The position numbers and the translations under genes are program-made. A stretch of 20,984 nucleotides of DNA. Origin: Candidatus Sulfobium sp. (GTDB lineage Bacteria > Nitrospirota > Thermodesulfovibrionia > Thermodesulfovibrionales > UBA6898). Each line of letters begins with the position of its first letter. Positions within the stretch are counted from its first letter, which is position 1. The stretch lies in the NCBI GenBank assembly GCA_037380845.1, contig JARRRI010000077.1, positions 1-20,984 of the forward strand, written 5' to 3'. Shown one piece after another: positions 16,776 through 20,984 of the stretch. The notes under the pieces were generated by a model that was not told where the DNA came from, did not search any database, and saw nothing but the letters and a program-made list of their open reading frames with translations.

Positions 16776-17003
16776 ATGTTTGGTCTCGGAATGCCTGAGC
16801 TTATAGTGATTCTGGTCATAGTCGTCGTTCTTTTCGGTGCATCAAGATTGCCCGAGATAGGAAAGGGAGTCGGGCAGGCTATCAAGAACTTCAAGAAGGC
16901 TACGTCTGAGCCCGATGAGATCGACGTTACGCCGAAAAAGAAGAACGTAGAAAAGGACGAGGCCAAGGGACAAGAAGAAAAAGATAAAGATAAAGGTGAA
17001 TAG
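16776..17003 (+). CDS. tatA: Twin-arginine translocase TatA/E subunit
   Basis: '[41 protein letters not shown]'; AAGGAGGT SD fixes the start at 16776. Confidence 0.95.
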   Translation: MFGLGMPELIVILVIVVVLFGASRLPEIGKGVGQAIKNFKKATSEPDEIDVTPKKKNVEKDEAKGQEEKDKDKGE

Positions 17004-18114
17004 AGGCCCTGAAGCCGAAATAGACCTTTCCGCCCTTCGGTACAACCTTGAGATTATCAGGGAGACTGTCGGGAAAGTTCCAGTCATAGCAGTGGTCAAG
17101 GCCGATGCGTACGGTCATGGCGCCGCAGAGGTTTCAAGAAATCTCATATCATCAGGAATTTCATGTCTTGCCGTCGCCTTTACAGGGGAGGCCCAAAAGC
17201 TGAGGGAAGCAGGCGTTAAGGGTAAGATCCTGGTTCTCTTCGATACTTCCGACACCGGGGACTACTTCCGCCATAACCTTATTCCGGTCGTTCACGACCT
17301 GCGGACTGCAACCGCTTTTTCTAAGGAGGCGCTGCGCAGGGGGACGAGGATAGCAGCGCATGTAAAAGTGGATACCGGCATGGGCCGGATAGGATTCAGC
17401 GCTCAGAGTGCTGTTGAGGATGTGGGAGAAATCGCCGGAATGGGAGGCATCGAAGTAGAAGGGCTTATGAGCCATTTTTCAGAGGCCGACCTGACGGACA
17501 AGACGTATGCAGCTCTCCAGATCGGAAAGTTTCGCAAGGTCAGAGAGGGTGTCTCGCAGAAACTCGGCCGGCCTGTCATGGCCCATATCGCGAACAGCGC
17601 GGCGATCATCTCTCTGGAGGAGGCCTTTTTCGACGCGGTAAGGCCGGGCCTCATCCTGTACGGTTATTCTCCCTTTAACGACGATCGTGGTTTCATTCCT
17701 CTCATGAAGGTCAGGACCAGGATACTGGTGGTGAGGGACCTGCCTGCGGGGACCCCCGTGAGCTACGGAAGGACGTTTATAACGAAGAGGCGGAGCAGGA
17801 TAGCTGTGGTGCCGGCGGGATATGCTGACGGATACAGCCGTTTGTTTTCCAACAATTCCGAGATGCTCGTGCGGGGCAGGCGGGTACCTGTGGCGGGGAG
17901 GGTCTGTATGGACCTCACCATGCTTGATGTTACGGATGTGGAGGGCGTATCCGAAGGTGACGAGGTGGTCATTCTCGGCCGTCAGGGTAACGACACGATA
18001 ACTGCAGTTGAACTTTCATCGAGGATCAACACCATTCCGTATGACATACTGACAACGTTCGGCAGCAGGGCGCGCAGGTGGTACGTGAATGGTGAGCAGG
18101 ACACCGTCGCCTGA
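16996..18114 (+). CDS. alr: Alanine racemase
   Basis: '[11 protein letters not shown]', '[12 protein letters not shown]', 'MSHF', 'VSYG', 'GYADG', 'GRVCMD'. Confidence 0.97.
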   Translation: MNRGPEAEIDLSALRYNLEIIRETVGKVPVIAVVKADAYGHGAAEVSRNLISSGISCLAVAFTGEAQKLREAGVKGKILVLFDTSDTGDYFRHNLIPVVHDLRTATAFSKEALRRGTRIAAHVKVDTGMGRIGFSAQSAVEDVGEIAGMGGIEVEGLMSHFSEADLTDKTYAALQIGKFRKVREGVSQKLGRPVMAHIANSAAIISLEEAFFDAVRPGLILYGYSPFNDDRGFIPLMKVRTRILVVRDLPAGTPVSYGRTFITKRRSRIAVVPAGYADGYSRLFSNNSEMLVRGRRVPVAGRVCMDLTMLDVTDVEGVSEGDEVVILGRQGNDTITAVELSSRINTIPYDILTTFGSRARRWYVNGEQDTVA

Positions 18115-18190
18115 AAAATCTCAACAGTTGCCTGCCAGTCGCAAATACCACAAATACTTGACTGAACGTCTTCTGCTTCCGGTACACGGT

Positions 18191-18354
18191 CCCTTTCGTC
18201 ATGCCCGAGGCCTTGGTTGGGTATTCAATCCGTCTGAAAATCCGGATTCTCGATGTCTCCGCGTAGGGTCCGACTTCGCTGAGAGTCGCTTCAACCCGAT
18301 TACTACCCCGGGGATGACGGATTTGAAGCATAATTCTCTTTGCAACATCGGGTT
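18191..18354. repeat. Long composite GTCAT-family repeat, copy E
   Basis: CGTCATGCCCGAGG ... CCCCGGGGATGACG; shares GGATTCTCGATG, GCTGAGAGTCGCTTC and ACCCGATTACTACC with copy D. Confidence 0.88.
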
Positions 18355-18524
18355 AATATGAACAAATGGAACTCATTTAAGAAATCTACGCTAAAGAAGT
18401 AACCTTGTATAGTAATTTGCAGGACTGTACACTGTAAGTGTGTCATGCAGCCTAAATAACATTTTCAGATTCTTGCTGATACGGCGCAGACTGTTAATAA
18501 AAAAATTCCGTAAAGGAGGGGAAC

Positions 18525-18866
18525 ATGCCGAAGTCAAGGCTTCCGAATCAGTATACCGGGATTGCGAAAAGGTTCAGGAAATACTTTACCGCACTGAACA
18601 ATCTGGGGAAGGCTGCGAGCGCAGCGGGTCCCCTGGATGAAAAGACCGCGCAGCTTATCCGGCTGGCCGGTGCGGCCTCGGTCCGCTCTGAGGGGGCGGT
18701 GCATTCCCATGCCAGAAGGGCAATCGAGGCAGGGGCCAGCGCCGAAGAGCTTTATCATTCCCTTCTGCTCCTGACAAGCACGATCGGCTTTCCGACTGTC
18801 TCCGCTGCGCTGTCCTGGGTTGACGACATTATTTTGTCTCAAAAAGGACAGATGAAGCTCTCATGA
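18525..18866 (+). CDS. Carboxymuconolactone decarboxylase (CMD/AhpD-like) family protein
   Basis: 'GPLDEKTAQLI', 'SEGAVHSHARRAIEAGAS.EEL', 'TIGFP'; AAGGAGG SD; no CxxC. Confidence 0.85.
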   Translation: MPKSRLPNQYTGIAKRFRKYFTALNNLGKAASAAGPLDEKTAQLIRLAGAASVRSEGAVHSHARRAIEAGASAEELYHSLLLLTSTIGFPTVSAALSWVDDIILSQKGQMKLS

Positions 18867-19076
18867 AGGCAGGCCGGAAAGACTGGGCAATTCCCGTCTG
18901 GAAAAGTGGGGATTGAAGGGGTTGTGAAGCAGGACATAGAAAAAAGGGAACAACTCCCTCTGGCCCTTTTTGGCGTCCCTCCCGGGTTTTTCCCGGTGTT
19001 TTTTCCGGCTGCAATAGTTACCCGGTTGAGGGGTTAAGTTTTACGGGAAGCAGGGAGGGCCGTGTTACAATAACTT

Positions 19077-20597
19077 GTGACGGACAAGGGCCGGGATGCC
19101 ATATTGGTGAGAGGTGTCAACTGGATCGGGGATGCGGTGATGACGCTGCCGGCGATGCGGGCACTGAGACGCGCAAACCCGGATTCGAAAATAGTCCTTC
19201 TTGTCAAACCCTGGGTTTCTCCGATCTTCGAAAAGGACCCCAATATTGACGAAATGATCATCTACTCGGATGATCATAAAGGTATAAGGGGAAGATTGAG
19301 ACTTGCCGGAGAGTTGAGGACATATGGTTTTCGCCGTGCAGTATTATTCCAGAATGCGATCGACGCGGCTCTAATAGCATTTCTGGCAGGAATTCCTGAA
19401 AGGATAGGATACAGCAGGGATGCAAGGAGGGCCCTCCTCACAAAGGCCGTTCCCTTTGACAAATATGCGGGAAGCCTTCACCACATCCGGTACTATCTGA
19501 ATTTACTGGATAAGGCGGGATTCGCAGTTGGAGATTCCAGACCCTGGATTTATCTTTCTCTGGAAGAAAGACTTGGGGCCAGAGAGAAGCTCGCCGGGCT
19601 GAGGCGCCCTGTCGTCGGTTTAAATCCCGGTGCTTCTTATGGGTCCGCCAAGAGATGGCATCCTGCCCGCTTTGCCGAAGTGGCGAAAAGAGTGGTTGAT
19701 GAACTTGGAGGGAGCGTCGTGGTCTTTGGGGGTCCCGCCGAGACCGGCATCGCGGAAGAAATCCTCGAAGGGGCTTGTCCCGGGAGTTTGTCTGAAAATG
19801 CGGGCTCCGTTGAGACTCCAAGGGTGATGACAATGGCGGGCAGGACGACGCTCAGGGAACTTGTCGCACTTATATCGGAGGTGGACGTGCTGGTCACCAA
19901 TGATTCAGGGCCGATGCACATAGGGTACGCGGTCGGCACACCGCTGGTTGCGGTATTCGGGTCCACATCGCCGGAACTTACGGGGCCGGTCGGATATTGT
20001 GACATAGTGATCAGGAAAGAAGTCGATTGCGCCCCGTGTTTTGAGAGGACATGCCGGAAAGGTGAGGTCCAATGTATGGACCTCGTCACCCCGGCAGACG
20101 TTTTCGATGCCGTGAAGCGGCTGAAAAGGTCCGGGAAGGCCGTATTCTTCGACCGGGACGGGACGCTCTGCAGGGATGCGGGCTATCTGAGCAGGATGGA
20201 AGATTTCGAAGTAATACATGATGTAGAAAGCCTTAACTCCCTGAAAAGACAGGGATATCTATTAATAGGGATAACAAATCAGTCGGGTATAGCCCGTGGA
20301 ATGATGAAGGAAGGTTTCGTTAAAGAGGTCAACGACATATTTGTCAAAAAATACGGCTTCGACAGCTTCTATTATTGTCCCCATCACCCCGACGAAAAAT
20401 GCTCCTGCAGAAAGCCGGAGCCGGGTCTTCTCGTTCGGGCGGGCCATGACTTTGGCATAAATTTAAGGAAATCCTTTGTCGTGGGTGACAAGGATCTGGA
20501 CATGCAGCTTGCCAGGGCGGTCGGGGCAAAGGGTATCCTTGTTCTGACCGGCGAAGACAACGCTTCTCCGCATGCCGAGCAAAATGAAGGCCGATAA
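19077..20597 (+). CDS. waaF: LPS heptosyltransferase II (GT9) fused to heptose-1,7-bisphosphate phosphatase (GmhB-like HAD)
   Basis: 'NWIGDAVM', 'NPGASYGSAKRW', 'TNDSGPMH' followed in frame by 'FFDRDGTL', 'TNQSG', 'CPHHP...CSCRKP', 'VGDK..D'. Confidence 0.9.
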   Translation: MTDKGRDAILVRGVNWIGDAVMTLPAMRALRRANPDSKIVLLVKPWVSPIFEKDPNIDEMIIYSDDHKGIRGRLRLAGELRTYGFRRAVLFQNAIDAALIAFLAGIPERIGYSRDARRALLTKAVPFDKYAGSLHHIRYYLNLLDKAGFAVGDSRPWIYLSLEERLGAREKLAGLRRPVVGLNPGASYGSAKRWHPARFAEVAKRVVDELGGSVVVFGGPAETGIAEEILEGACPGSLSENAGSVETPRVMTMAGRTTLRELVALISEVDVLVTNDSGPMHIGYAVGTPLVAVFGSTSPELTGPVGYCDIVIRKEVDCAPCFERTCRKGEVQCMDLVTPADVFDAVKRLKRSGKAVFFDRDGTLCRDAGYLSRMEDFEVIHDVESLNSLKRQGYLLIGITNQSGIARGMMKEGFVKEVNDIFVKKYGFDSFYYCPHHPDEKCSCRKPEPGLLVRAGHDFGINLRKSFVVGDKDLDMQLARAVGAKGILVLTGEDNASPHAEQNEGR

Positions 20598-20984
20598 AAT
20601 GAAGAACATGGGCATTGCAAAGCCGCCGAAAAAAATCCTGATCGTAAAGCCGAGTTCACTGGGTGATGTCGTACACAGTCTGCCTTTTCTCGATTCGATA
20701 AGAACAGGTTTCCCGAAATCTGAAATCCACTGGGTGATCGCAAAAGGACTTGAGGGACTTCTCGAAGGGCACCCGATGATCAGCAGCCTGGTGGTAATCA
20801 ATAAGGATATGTGGAAGAAGGTATCCGGCACGGGGGAGACCGTGAGGGAAATCAGGCAGCTGTTCAGGCGGCTGAGAGGCGAGGGTTACGACATGGTCAT
20901 AGACCTTCAGGGACTTCTCAGAAGCGGTCTGATCGCAATGTGTACCGGTGCTCCCCTGAGAGTGGGGTTTGCAGAGGCGAGGGA
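20584..20984 (+). CDS. waaC: LPS heptosyltransferase I (GT9), running off the window end; start could be 20584, 20599 or 20608
   Basis: Own translation: 'KILIVKPSSLGDVVHSLPFL...EIHWVI...YDMVIDLQGLLRSG...RVGFAEAR'. Confidence 0.85.
   Translation, partial: MKADKMKNMGIAKPPKKILIVKPSSLGDVVHSLPFLDSIRTGFPKSEIHWVIAKGLEGLLEGHPMISSLVVINKDMWKKVSGTGETVREIRQLFRRLRGEGYDMVIDLQGLLRSGLIAMCTGAPLRVGFAEAR

Noticed and set aside
18089..18361. 90-aa ORF after alr, and 12472-12726, sharing 'DFAESRFxPITT'
   Set aside because: The similarity comes from translating repeats E and D, not from a protein family.

Overview
Mostly housekeeping bacterial chromosome. Gene style and order suggest Nitrospirota (Thermodesulfovibrionia-like); this is inference only. 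Order: 3' half of a RAYT/IS200-like tyrosine transposase with its REP-like repeats; ychF; two small hypothetical genes; RNase E/G; proS (-); greA-pyrK-pyrD; a DUF62 SAM hydrolase; an Rrf2(IscR)-TusA-IscS-IscU operon; ymdB-rny-rarA and 6S RNA (-); tatA-alr; a CMD-family gene; a WaaF-GmhB fusion; partial waaC. Four things stand out. (1) The IscS homologue has lost the PLP Schiff-base lysine and several substrate-binding residues but keeps its Cys loop, inside an IscR-box-controlled operon with TusA and IscU, which suggests an atypical Fe-S/sulfur-relay module. (2) Nested, modular palindromic GTCAT...ATGAC repeats occur five times, two of them inside related terminal inverted repeats. (3) Three otherwise clean genes (pyrD, iscU, the gmhB domain) lack conserved segments, which may be real or assembly artefact. 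(4) Two unexplained long intergenic fold-backs and some non-canonical translation starts.
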